Part shown: in pieces, positions 10,427 to 21,789 of the stretch | How positions within the stretch are numbered: the stretch's first letter is position 1 | How the letters are laid out: every line of letters starts with the position of its first letter | NCBI RefSeq assembly: GCF_964194155.1 | Contig: NC_135897.1 | Span: 59,582,001-59,646,000 of the forward strand | Source: Cetorhinus maximus | Taxonomy: Eukaryota | Reading direction: 5' to 3' | DNA length: 64,000 bases | Program-made: the position numbers and the translations under genes | Notes under the pieces: model-generated | What the model was told of the DNA's origin: nothing | What the model saw: the letters and a program-made list of their open reading frames with translations, nothing else | Databases searched by the model: none

Positions 10427-12642
10427 ATGGCCAGAGGTTGGGGGCAAGGCAAATCAGAAAGAGCCATGCAGGAGGGTAGGGCGGGTCGCCAGTGTGCGCC
10501 CAGCTTCTCCGCTGAGTGCCCTACTGCCCTCCTCAAGGAGGTGGCAGCACGGCGGGATGTGCTTGTCCCCAAGGACGGGAGAAGGAGGCCACCCCAATTG
10601 ACCAAGCATGCGTGGGAGGAGGCTGCGGAGGTCGTGAGCTCCCACAACATGGTGCGGCGCTCATGGACCCAGTGCCGCAAGCGCTTCAATGACCTGTTGT
10701 GCACGGGAAGGGTGGGTACCATGTTGGCATCATTCACTGCACCCATCATGTAACCTTCTCCCCCGCTGGTGGACCACCCATGTCTGAGTGGCCTGAGTGC
10801 AATGAGTCAGTGACAGCCTGTGTCCTTAGCTGGGCGGGCCACCAGATATTGCCTATGCATTCATCAGCATGAGAGGGTTGTGATGAGATGGGTTCTGCAC
10901 CCGCAACATGTGGTGGAGTGACACCCACATGACTGTGATGGGGTCACCCTGGAGGAGCTACACCCAGGCGCACTGGTCGAACTCCACGACATGTGGAAGT
11001 CAGGGTGATGATATGGTGTGAAGGGACCTTCAAGGTGGCGTGGCACAGATGGATGTGCTGCCCTCTGAGCTCCACGTCATTGTGCCTCCTTGAAACGGCT
11101 GATACAACTGTGTGCTCCCAACTGTGATGAAGGTATCATGTGGGGGCGGGGGGTCAGGGGGTGGGAGGGGTGGTGAGGACACGCCAGGCATATTTGTGTG
11201 AGTGCTGGCCACCAGCGGGGGAAGGATGCACTGCAGACCTACAGTGGCCAGCTGGACTTGGGGTGGGCCGGCCGCGGGGATATTGACGGTACAAGTATCA
11301 CTTATCAGCGCAATTTTTTCATTTGCAGGAGAAGAATTCTCATAACAACACCGAGCGGCTGAGGACTAGCGGTGGGCCAGCCCAGATATTGATGCTCAGC
11401 CGCTATGAGCAGGAGGCACTGGACCTGGAGAGATGACACGCGCAGGTCCACTGGAGCCGGAGAGGTTGGGGATCCACAGGCAGGTATGTGTGGCCAGCTC
11501 TCACGTCACCAGTAATCTCCCAACATCCGTGCCATTGCTGATTGTTCAGTGAGTGACGTTACCAACGTGTCTTGCCCATTGCATGTGGAATGGTGAGCGT
11601 TTGATGATCTGGGGGACAGGCATGTACATTGACATTGTCCGCAGGCTAACTGATCGAATTTCCTTACTCTTCCTTTCAGCATCATTGGCACATGGCCGGG
11701 ACCCAGAGCAGCAGGGGCCCCCCTGACACCTGAGGGCCATGAAGTTTCACCATCAGAAGTGTCACACCTCTGCCAGGCTGGCACCAGCACAGATACTGGC
11801 ACCTCGGTGAGCATCATATCTTCGGCTAGTGTCCCGGGTCACAGCGGTGAGGGCACTTCACAGTCGCTGGAGAAGCTGGCAGAGACAGAGTGCCAATAGC
11901 GCCTCAGTCGGAGGACTGAAGGGGCCCAGGCAGATGCTCAGTCCGTGGCAAATGATGAGCCTCTGGAGTCATGGGCGATGTAGCCAAGTGCTGACATGTG
12001 GCCGGGTGTTCGGGAACATCTGGTGGAGATACATGAGGCTCTGCTTGGCTTGGTGTCAGGGGTGGAGGAGTCTACACGGGCCATGGCCGATGCATTGAGC
12101 AACATGGCTGAGCGCCAAGCTTCCTCCATGGAGAGATTGATGACTGTCATGGAGAGGCAGCTCCAGGGACAGGAGCAGGGGTTCCTGGGGTTGCGCTCAG
12201 ACCTGCGCGCCCTCACAGGGGCATTGCCCTTGTCTGGTCAGTGCCCGTGTGGGTGGTGGTTTGGCCACCAGGTATCCCACTGCGGTGCCCATCCATCTAC
12301 GGTGAGCAGGGAGGGCCAAATGGACCTCACGTCATCAGAGCAGCTGCCTGTTGTCTCTGCTGGCACCTCTCAGGGCACCGCAGATGAGGGCAGCAGCTCC
12401 TCCGCCCCTCTGCCAGTGACCAAGGCACCCAATGAAGCTGCGACGACTGGGGAGATGCCAGCTGCAGAGCTGGCAGCTCCCTCCCAGGCGGGGCCAGCAC
12501 AAGCTCGACGGGCCAGAGGACATCCGCCAAGGTCATCGAGGCCAACAGGCATCAGAGAGAGCAGGCTGTCTCAGATGCCATCGCCAGCAACAGGGCACCA
12601 CAAAGACGTAACACCCGCAAACGAAAGATGAAGGAACCTTAG
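10427..12642 (+). pseudogene. Harbinger Myb/SANT-like DNA-binding gene, 3 exons (~10427-10711, 11329-11483, 11680-12642)
   Basis: APSFS...LLKEVAARRDVL...AWEEAAEVVS...RRSWTQCRKRFNDL SANT motif; donor GTGGGT at 10712; acceptor tttgcag then EKNSHNNTERLRTSGG; donor GTATGT at 11484; ctaac...tttcag acceptor at 11679; ends RNTRKRKMKEP-stop. Has in-frame stops and frameshifts; the start codon is uncertain. Confidence 0.88.
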
Positions 12643-12967
12643 GCACATCCTGGGTTCATCACCGGTGGTTTTCTGTTGCCCCCCCCCCGCCCCAAGAGTT
12701 GTTTCGAGCTTTGTTTGAAGCCCAATACATTTTTATTTCTGTAATTTGACGAGACTTTGGTAACAATATTAAATTATTGTTGTCTCAAATTGCTGTGGGT
12801 TCTTCTTTTTTTGGAATGGTGCATGGATTCCTGAGATTTGAAGACTGATTTGTGTGTCTTTTAGATTTATTCACTGCACCCATCGCCAATCCTCCTATCC
12901 AGACAGATGAGGTCTCCAGGATGGAGGATACATGCCAGGCTTGTGTTGCAGATCCATATGTGCTATG

Positions 12968-14206
12968 CTGGCTAAAGGTTCCTTGGATTAGAGCGTCCCG
13001 GTTGTCCCTGCCTCCCTGGAGCGTGCCCGGGTCAGTCTGTGCCCCCTCATCATTTCCCTGTGTATGCTCATCCCCGGACTCACTGCTGAACTCATCGTGC
13101 TCAGCCCCAGCCACTCTGTCTACATCTTCTTCATCCACAGCGTCCCCGCTTTGCAGAGTCAGATTGTGCAGGGTGCAGCATGCAACCAAGTCAGCGACAC
13201 TCGATCTGGGGGGCACTAGAGTGCGTTCCCGGAACGATCCAGGAATCTGAAGTGCATTTTGAGAAGACTGATGGCTCTGTCCAGCACAACCCTTGTGGAG
13301 GCGTGACTTCTATTATACCACTGCTCAGCTTCTGTTCTTGAATGGTGGAGTGGCGTCATGAGTCACCTTCTGAGGGGATAGCCCTTGTCACCCAGCAGCC
13401 ATCCATCCAGCCGAGCTGGAGCATTGAAGAGCCCCGGCACCTGGGAGTGTCTGAGGATGTAGGCGTCGTGGGAGCTGCCTGGGTACCTTGCACAGACTTG
13501 CAGAATCTGCATCCTGTGATCACACACTATCTGCACGTTCATGGAGTGGAAGCCCTTCCTGTTGACAAAGGCACCGGGCTCATCTGCTGGTGCCTTGATG
13601 GCCACATGTGTGCAGTCTATTGCACCCTCGACGCAGGGGAAGCCAGCAGTGGCTGCGAAGCCTCTGGCTCGCTGTGTCTGGCTGGCCTGGTCCCAGCAGT
13701 AGTGGATGAAGGTCAATGCACGCCTGAACAGAGCGTCTGTAACTTGCTTGACACAATGTGGACAGCCAATTGGGAAACACCGCAGATATCACCCACTGAG
13801 CCCTGGAAAGAGCCGGAGGCATAGAAGTTGAGGGCAGCTGTGACCTTTAGAGAGACATCCCGGGCATGGGGTGTCCACCCACACAGTTAGCTGATACCTT
13901 TGGACCAATCATCTGACAGATAGTGTTGACTGTCTCCCTTGACAGACGGAGCCTCATTCAGCACTGCACCTCAGTCATATTGAGGTAGGTGGTTCACGCT
14001 CTGTTTACCCTGGCAGCAGGATAGTGGCATCTTCTGTGGCCCCTTGTGCCTTGGACTACCTCCTGGCCCTGCACCCCTTGTGCCTGCGCCTGTACTTCCA
14101 AAGGTGGCTCCCCTGGAGGCTGAATGAGCACTCTTGGCCTCCTCCCCCTTCTAGCCCTCCCTTTCTCCTCAGATGAGGTGCCTCCAGTGGAGAGATCACC
14201 TCCCAT
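12968..14206 (-). pseudogene. Harbinger DDE transposase, disrupted
   Basis: MGGDLSTGGTSSEE start; [19 protein letters not shown]...[16 protein letters not shown]...PGSSHDAYIL...LLGDKGYPL; CCTLHNL. Confidence 0.95.
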
Positions 14207-15210
14207 TCCCAGGCTCAGGGAGGCTTGCTGAAACCTACAGGCCCCAAAACAAATCCTCACTGAAAAGTGCTGACCTGAAGTCTATGAGTGCAGTCCAAGC
14301 AGCTGCTGTGTGTTTGAGGCTTCTCCACCTCACACGCACAACTTTCAATAACTTCTGAGCACTAACTGTTAAATGTCTGGATTCGCAAAAACAATGATCC
14401 CTCTTTCCCGCCCACGGATAAGCTTCACTAAAGTTTCAGATAGCCACCTGCCCGTTGCGCCCATTCGACAAGCCGAATATTGCACGGACGCCTTAAGATC
14501 CACGACAATTGGAGCCTCGACTACCTTAATTGGCCCAGTAATTACTGGCGGCTGCACAATGGGCATCGTCACGCACCCGCCCAGCGAAATATCGCGATGG
14601 CGCCTGGTGACATCGGGACACACGCCCGACGTCACCGCGCATCATTTGACGCATCAGTGTGCAGGACCCGCCCCCTGCACGCTGACGGAAAAATTCTGCC
14701 CATAAGATAATGTGACAATGCAAAGCACAGATAAGACAATTTCTTCAGGCATGTTACTACACATTTGTGTTTTAATAGACCAGGTTGGGCAAGTTGTGGA
14801 GGAGGTACAGAGGAGCCCTTAAGGTTCTTGTGGTCCAGGGCCACAAGAGTTCCCAATCTAGCTCTGCAACAAAACAATCAGATTTTAAACCTAAATGATC
14901 GAGGAAATTTTGGGTGTAGGTGAGTTATTTTCATGCTATGCCTGAATTTTCTCAATATTTTATGCCACTTTTGGAAATCCCCAACCACAAACCCTGTGCT
15001 GTTCATTAACCTAGCCCTGCCCCAATGCAGAAATGCAGCCCATGAGGATTTCCTGAATTTACCTTAGTTCTGAAGGGATAGTAAATTCATGCCTAAAATT
15101 TGAAGTGCAACAGGAACCAAAGTCATATTTCCGGTATTTTATGGTGCATTTTTAAAGCACTGTTTATAAAAAAAAATGATTGTTTCTTCCTTTCTCTTTC
15201 AATCCTAATA

Positions 15211-15603
15211 GGGGAAGAGTAGTGTTATTGTAACTTTACTGGCCCAGTAATCCAAAGGCCTGGGCTATTGCCGCAGAGACATTCAAATCCCACAACAGTA
15301 GCTGGGGGGAATTTAAATTCAATTAATCAATAATTCTGAGATTAAATGCTGTTAATAAACAATTAATAATGATCATGAAACTACTGAATTGTTGTAAAAA
15401 CTCATCTGTTCAAGGAAAGAAATCTGCCATCCTTACCTGGTCTGGCCTACTACATGTGACTGAGACCTACAGCAATGTGGTTGACTCTTAACTGCCCCTG
15501 AAATGGCCTAGCAAGCCTCTCAGTTGTAGACGGCTCAAGTGTAATTAGGGATGGGCAATAAATGCTGGCCTTGTCAATGATGCTCATATTTCAAGAACAA
15601 ATG
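15211..15603 (+). mobile_element. tRNA-derived SINE with LINE-derived 3' tail
   Basis: Degenerate A/B boxes (ttcaaatccc), core ccttacctggtctggcct...cagcaatgtggttgactctta, tail taattagggatgggcaataaatgctggcc; reverse copy at 16988-17277. Confidence 0.75.
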
Positions 15604-16114
15604 TATGAAGAAACATGTTTATTACTGAGAAAGTTCTGAGTGAACCATTATGAAGAATGGCTTTGCTGTTCAAGAATATCAGGATCAGGCATACAGAGTC
15701 GATGATGTTTAGAGTTTCTGTTTAGAATGATCAAGAAATGACTTATGGGGCTGCATTTTGGGTGGGGGGAGTGGCGTTGGCAGTATGTGGATGGCTTGCG
15801 CACCTGGAAGGAAAGTTGGCTGGAAGCCAACACGCTCTATGCAAACCCGCCCTGCAGCCATAATATGCTTCAGGCAGGCTACTGACTGATAGTGGGACTT
15901 CTGCCCCTCACTGAGGAGGAAGTCCCACCCTTGGGAGCTGCTAGCCAATCGGGTTGGCTGGCAGCTCCAGCAGTCCCAGCAGCGCCGAGAGCTCAGTAAT
16001 GGGCACTGCCAAGACTGCAACCAGTCCCAAGGAGAATGTCCAATGGATCCCGACGTGACGTAAATCCGGGGTATTGGGCAGGGAGGGTTTGGCCAGCTTT
16101 GGGAAGCGGGTGGT

Positions 16115-16391
16115 TGTTGGATCCTAGTCACCAGCTTGTTGGATCCTATTCACACGCTTGCTGCAAGGGGTGGCCGAGTTGGTACTAATGATAGAGTTGA
16201 GTGGAAACTTCATAGGTAGAAACTCTGTGTTTATGTACAAAGGTACTCAGCAGCAACTAACCACGTGCTCACACTTCAAATTCTGTATCTACACTCTGCA
16301 ACTACTAACTACAGAGGTAGCCTGTGCTACTTTGCCTTGGATTCCATAATAACATTCTTCTTAAAGGTATATTACACATCAGATTACCACA
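16115..16391 (-). repeat. 3' LTR (277 bp)
   Basis: Direct repeat of 20071-21088 once the MITE is removed; shared ends tgttggatcctagtc and aaaggtatattacacatcagattaccaca. Confidence 0.92.
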
Positions 16392-16476
16392 TCACTGCCC
16401 TTTTACTCAGTAATACATGTTATATTTACATTTACAATCTTCTCAAAATAGCAAAATATTTGCATCAATAAGTAAT

Positions 16477-18057
16477 TTACAAATTCAGACTTTCTGGGGG
16501 TTTCCTTATGCGTGTCGAGCAGCTCAGCTCTACAACTTCAGATGCCTTGTCAGGAGCTTCCTTTTCTGCAGCTGTCTGAACATCAGGTGCTTTGGTGGGC
16601 TCCTGCAGATCTGTATCCTCCACTCTTGAAGGAACAACAGACTGGGTTGAATTCTCACAGCAGGAAACGCTGACCCGGTTGTGAACACTAGTGGAATCAT
16701 TTCTTGGTGCATAGTTTCTGTCTTCCTTAGGTGATCCACGTTTCCTTATGAATCGGCCTTCCACCTCCATGTGGTAAGATAGAGGTCCAGTCACTGCACT
16801 TATTTCACCTGGTAACCACTTTGGTCCTTCTCTGAAGTTCTTCACATATACCGTTTCTCCCATGATAAATTTTGCTCTTGCGACAATGCCAGTTGTGCCT
16901 AGTTTTCTGACTTCCCTGACTCCTTTCCACCTAAACATTATTATTTTTAAGCTCGTCCTGAGACGGCATTTCATCAATAATTCCACAGGCCAGCATTTAT
17001 TGTCCATCCCTAATTGCCTTTGTTCAGAGGGCATTTTTAAGAGTCAACCACATTGCTGTGGGTCTGGAGGCCAGACCAGGTAAGGACAGCAGGTTCTCTA
17101 AAGAACATTTTATCAACAATTGGTATGAGTTTCATGGTCATCATTAGACTTCCAGATTTTTATTGAATTCAAATTTCACCATCTGCTGTGGGGGATTTGA
17201 ACCCCAGTCCCCAGAGCATTACCCTGGGTCTCTCGAATACTAGTCCAATGACAATACCATTATGCAACTGCCGCCCAGCTGGTAAACTGCTGAAACTCAG
17301 CACTCGTAAATGCCACGCCATTATCAGAAATGACCACTTCTGATAATCCATTAATGGCAAAACTTTGATGTAATTTCTCAATTGTTGAGAAGAAGACATT
17401 GAAGACATTGGTGATTTCACCTCATATATGTCCATCCATTTTTAATGGGCAGAAACATTGTTCCCATGAAAGGTCCCACATAGTCAATGTGTAACCACAC
17501 CCATGGTCTTCCTAGCCATTCCCAAGGATGTAATGGAACAGTTGAAGGTAACTTTTGCAGTTGCTGACATTGCACACAATTCTTCACTAAACTCTATTTC
17601 ACCATCCATCCCAGGCCATCATAGGTAGCTGTGTGCTATGGTCTTCACGTGGGATATTCCTGGATGTGTGCTGTGTAGTTCAATTAGCAATGGCTCTCTT
17701 CCTTTTGGAGGAACTATCACTTGCGCTCCCCACAATAAGATGCCCTCTTGGCTGGTTATTTCATGTCTTCTGTTGAAGTGCGTTTTCAGTTCGTCAGATA
17801 CAGGCTCTCATGACCAACCATGAAGTACTTGTTCTCATACTTGTGATAGGACTGGGTCCCTACTTGTCCAGTCTCTGATCTGCTGAGTGCATACCGGTGA
17901 TGAATCTAAGAAATGTAACAACAAAATAAGTTCTTGTGGAACTGGGATTCTCACATTCTTTTCTTGTAAAGGCAAATGACTAAGTGCATCGGCGTTTGCA
18001 ATCTGACTACCAGGCCTATGTTCAAAAGTATACTCGTATGTCGCCAGGATTAAAGCC
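16477..18057 (-). pseudogene. Gypsy pol C-terminus: RNase H end and integrase (zinc-binding, core, GPY/F), split by a SINE
   Basis: ALILATYEYTFEHRPGSQIANADALSHLP; HPGISHVK...WPGMDG...CVQCQQ; PLHPWEW...WLHIDYVGPF; VISDNGVAFTSAEF; VYVKNFREGPKWLPGEI...GPLSY; STRIRKPPESLNL-stop. Confidence 0.9.
16988..17277 (-). mobile_element. SINE inserted in the integrase
   Basis: Reverse copy of the 15211-15603 SINE (head ggcggcagttgcataatggt...gggttcaaatccc; tail gggatggacaataaatgctggcc); part of the integrase core is missing at this site. Confidence 0.8.
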
Positions 18058-18397
18058 TTATTTGTGTTTCTGTGTCTTCTTTCTACATGCCTTCTTCTTT
18101 CTAGCGCTATCTTTAATCTTTCCATTTCTCTTCGCACTTTTCCAGTGGTACAAACTTTGATCTGAGAGAATCTTGTAGCGTGCGAAGGTTTTTCAGCAGG
18201 TTTTCTTTTTTCTTCCGGAGGTTGCTCACCTTGTCTCGAACTCTGTCCTTAAGCACGGTCTCTTCGAGTTCCAACTTCTGTTCTTCCATGTTTTGGCTTA
18301 AGACAATCTGCAGTTCTTCAGGTTGTTGAGTCTTTACACATTCCTTTTTCAAAGCAGAAACACTTCCTGCTTCCTTTAGGAATCTCAGTGGTCCCTC
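18058..18397 (-). other. Non-transposon coiled-coil coding fragment replacing RT/RNase H
   Basis: Reads ...LKKECVKTQQPEELQIVLSQNMEEQKLELEETVLKDRVRDKVSNLRKKKENLLKNLRTLQDSLRSKFVPLEKCEEKWKD between the protease end and ALILATY; no RT motifs. Confidence 0.6.
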
Positions 18398-18867
18398 AAG
18401 GTTGATTTCCCTTAACCAGTTTCACCCTTGGAGGCTTGGTTCCCTGCCTCTCAATACCAACACTGGTAGCTTTAACGAATGGCTCCCATAATGAACAGTT
18501 ACTTTACTTATGCCTTTGACTTGGATGTTTTCACCTGTGTTTGTTTTTAATTGGGCAATTGTTTCTTCCAAATTTAATTCATGTTCCCCATATCTCAGAT
18601 ATTTGAAGGTATGTCCCCCAATTACTGTAGTGGAAGCTCCTGTGTCCACTTCCATTCGAACAGGTCTACCATTCACTTTCACGGTTATAGATTGGTTTTG
18701 TACTTCTAACCTTCAAGTTATACAACAAATAAATATCTGAATCTGTTGCTTCAGGCTTTTCTGCATTGTAAATCGCACAGGTTTTTTTCTTTTGTTTAAA
18801 AGTCTGTTTGACTCTTTCCTTACCCTGTCTCATTATGTGACCATTTTTATGACAATAAAAACATTCT
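18398..18867 (-). pseudogene. Gypsy zinc knuckle and aspartic protease
   Basis: ECFYCHKNGHIMRQ (CCHC remnant); VNGRPVRMEVDTGASTTVI; LPVLVLRGREPSLQG-NWL. Confidence 0.9.
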
Positions 18868-19401
18868 GGGCAGAATTTTGCCCTCGTCAGACGGGCATGG
18901 TGGGCGGGCCTGGGAGAGTCTGTGAAAGTGGCCACTGCCCCAATCGGAGCCCAACCCCGATTCCTCACTGGCTGGCTAATTAGAAAATTTTTGAAAATAA
19001 AAAAGAAAGATTTTTAAAATGTTAAAAACATGTCCCATCATGTGACTCTGTCACAAGAACAGGGACATGTTGTAAATGAAATTCAAAGATTAGTTTTTAT
19101 TTGCTGTTAGAAACCTCATCCCACCTATGGATGAGGCTTCTGAAAAAATCCAAAGGCCGCTTGGCCTTTTCGCTTGCCCGCCAACTGTAAGCGAAGAATT
19201 GAGCTTAATTATTACTTAATTATTACTTTATTGACCTTATTGGCCTGTAAATTGTCAGCAGGCACGCTGCCGACTCCTGCAGGCGCCCGCCAACATAAAT
19301 ATCGCGCGAGATGTCGGGACACTCGCCCAATGTCATCGCGCATCATTTTACACTCATTCAGGTCGGGCGCGTGCCCTCCCGATTAGCACAATATTCTACC
19401 C
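18868..19401. mobile_element. Harbinger MITE (hairpin family), internally deleted, inserted in gag
   Basis: GGGCAGAATTTTG / CAATATTCTACCC ends; catgtgac...gtcac and cctcatcc...ggatgagg hairpins; TSD imperfect. Confidence 0.8.
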
Positions 19402-19942
19402 TACATATTTTCAAAGTGCCAATCGTTAAAAGATTGTTTGTTTCCACCTCTATTGATATTACTCCTTGTTTTCGCTGCGAAGTCTTTTTTTTTCTCATTT
19501 TCCTGCTAGCGGAGGATGTTCCCCACCTCTCAGTAGAGTCTTCCATTTTCATGCCTTTTTTGACTGGGGCTTCCCACCTAATGTGGAGGACAGCTCCATT
19601 TTTCATGCCCTGTATGGTTTTCGAATCTGTTATTGCACTTTTCATTGCCAGTGCAATCTCTAGCACCTTCTTAAAATCCGATCAGATAACAATCGCTTCT
19701 GAATTGTGTCCTTCACCAGGTCCACTAATTCATCAAAATTTCTTGAGTCTGGGGCACTGGGTGCCATGAAACTTTGAATCAAGCCATAAGTCTTCTTCCG
19801 ACATGTACTTAAGAGAGTCGCCCACCTCTTCTCTTCCCCCCGTAATCTCATTTGCTTGGAAAAAGAACGAGAGATGCTGAATGTAGTGGGACCAATTGTC
19901 CATTGCTGGATCGAAAGGATCAATTCTTCCGAATTGCAGCAT
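19402..19942 (-). pseudogene. Gypsy gag remnant
   Basis: MLQFGRIDPFDPAMDNWSHYIQHLSFFFQANEI; ATLLSTC...TYGLIQS...FDELVDLVKD; IQKRLLS; LEIALAM. Confidence 0.85.
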
Positions 19943-20070
19943 GTCATGAGGGAGTTACTTTGATGATTTGAATGGAACTTCTACTTACAATTGCTGTGTG
20001 AAGTACAGTGCCGATTTTGTTTCTCTTGCTTGCCTCTGTTTAACTTGTTTAATCCTTGTCGCTGGTAGTT

Positions 20071-21088
20071 TGTTGGATCCTAGTCGCCAGTATGTTGGAT
20101 CCTGTTCATACGCATGTTGTAAGGGGTGGCCGAGATGGTACTCATGATAGAGTTGAGTAGTAGACACTTCAACGGTAGAAACTCTGGGCAGAATTTTGCC
20201 GTCGGTGAGCAGGGGGCGGGGCCCGCTCGCCAACGCATAAAATGACGTGGGATGACGTTGGGCGGAACTCCTGATGTCACCCCACCCCATTTAAATTTTC
20301 AGGAAGGTGGGGGCACAGCATAATCAGCTGTGGGCCCGCCGACTTGTCAATGGCCAACTGAGGCCATTGACAGGATCATTTAAACAATTAAAGGACCTGC
20401 CCATCCAACCTTAAGGTTGGCGGGCAGACCAGGAGCCCTGGCGGCAAATAGAGAAAACATGAAACTACATCCAGCGGCGGGATGAGGTTTCATGCAGGGT
20501 TTTTAAAATTTTAATAAAGTTATTGTGTAAATTATGAACCTGTCCCAACTCATGTGACATTGTCACATGAGGGGGACATGTAAGGGAATTTTTTTTCTAT
20601 TTTTAATTTTTTCAAAGTCCAGGCGATCTCCCTGAGGCTCAACTTAGCCCCAGGGAGATGTGCGCTCTTTCGTGCATATGTGCGAAAGAGCGTGCTCTTG
20701 CTTTTAGGGAATCCGCCCCGCCCACACAGGGAGCACATAGCACTTCCCGCCGGACGTCACGCTGGGTGGGCCTTAATTGGCCCGACCACGTAAAATGGCG
20801 GTGCGGCCTGCTTCGCTGGCAGGGATCGGCTCCCCGCCCGCTGGAGATTGGGTCGGGCCCACCCGCCCGACAGGCAGAAAATTCTGCCCTCTTTGTTTAT
20901 TTACCAAGGTGCTCAGCAGCAACTAAACATGTGCTTGCATTTCAAACTCTATCTCTATATTCTGCAACTACTAAATACTGACTATAGACTATTAACTACA
21001 GAGGTAACCAGTGCTATTCTGCTATTGGATACTAAGATCATGTGATCTTCCATAATTACAAAGGTATATTACACATCAGATTACCACA
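20071..21088 (-). repeat. 5' LTR, interrupted by a MITE
   Basis: Aligns to 16115-16391 on both sides of the 20186-20889 insertion. Confidence 0.92.
20186..20889. mobile_element. Harbinger MITE (704 bp, hairpin family)
   Basis: TIRs GGGCAGAATTTT / AAAATTCTGCCC; exact TSD TCT; the empty site (gaaactctgtgttt) is visible in the other LTR. Confidence 0.95.
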
Positions 21089-21789
21089 GTGGTGGGTGGA
21101 TTTTGGAGGGCAGGTAGGAAGTAAGCGGGGGTTACTATCTTACGGGGGGCTGCCACTGATGCACAAAGGGTGCCCCTTGAAGATAGTACCCCCATTCCTT
21201 CTCGGCCTTTTAAAATCCTTTTTAAAAAACAGCCTGCCCACTCCCAACCATTGCCCACGCCAACTGTATTATGGCATGGGCAGCGTATTACTGGGGTCAA
21301 TTTGCTGATTAACAGGCTCAATTGACCCTTAACTATCTATTTGTATGCATGGGTGGGCGGGCTGCAGATTTCACCGCTTTCCCACCTTCCTCGTTACAGG
21401 GGTGAGCTCGGATGTGAGTAGAAAGGTGGTGGGCTGGGTGGGTTGGTGGGTTCCCACCCTATTTTATGTTTGCCCCACTGAAAACACATACAGCAGGGGC
21501 ACATAAAATCCAGCACCTAACCTCACTTTGCGGAAAGCTCCCTGCTTTAGCTGTGTGACATTTTATGTCCCCTTGGTCTGCCTTTAAAGCTTGTTTGAGT
21601 GAGGCCACCCAGTTGTGCAATGGAGTTATGTCAACTGGAAGATGAATTGAAGCCACACAAAAATCATTACATACTGGTGAAATTACATGTCAAGTCTAAC
21701 CCGTTGATTTAAAGCTCAATTTACCTCTTACCCGTGTAAGAACAAAGCCGTATATTGCTGCTTGCATTTTGAAAGTGAGCATTTTGAAA

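Larger units (their letters stand above)
10185..14701. mobile_element. PIF/Harbinger transposon H2, near full length (4.5 kb)
   Basis: TIRs GGGGAGAATTTTCC and GAAAAATTCTGCCC; exact TSD ATA (10182-10184, 14702-14704); convergent Myb (+) and transposase (-) genes; CpG-rich subterminal regions. Confidence 0.95.
16115..21088 (-). mobile_element. Gypsy/Metaviridae LTR retrotransposon with both LTRs, defective
   Basis: Two LTRs with TG...CA ends; exact 5-bp TSD GTGGT (16110-16114, 21089-21093); PBS-like sequence after the 5' LTR; purine tract before the 3' LTR; gag, protease, RNase H end and integrase in Gypsy order. Confidence 0.93.
15747..21517. mobile_element. Non-autonomous DNA element split by the Gypsy insertion (15747-16114 and 21089-21517)
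   Basis: Terminal inverted ggggctgcatttt / aaaatccagcacc; internal motif shared with 5679-6062; G-rich sequence continues across the GTGGT TSD. Confidence 0.5.

Noticed and set aside
16165-16190. tRNA gene suggested by the A-box-like GGTGGCCGAGTTGG
   Set aside because: There is no B box or cloverleaf; it sits inside an LTR and is better read as tRNA-complementary sequence.
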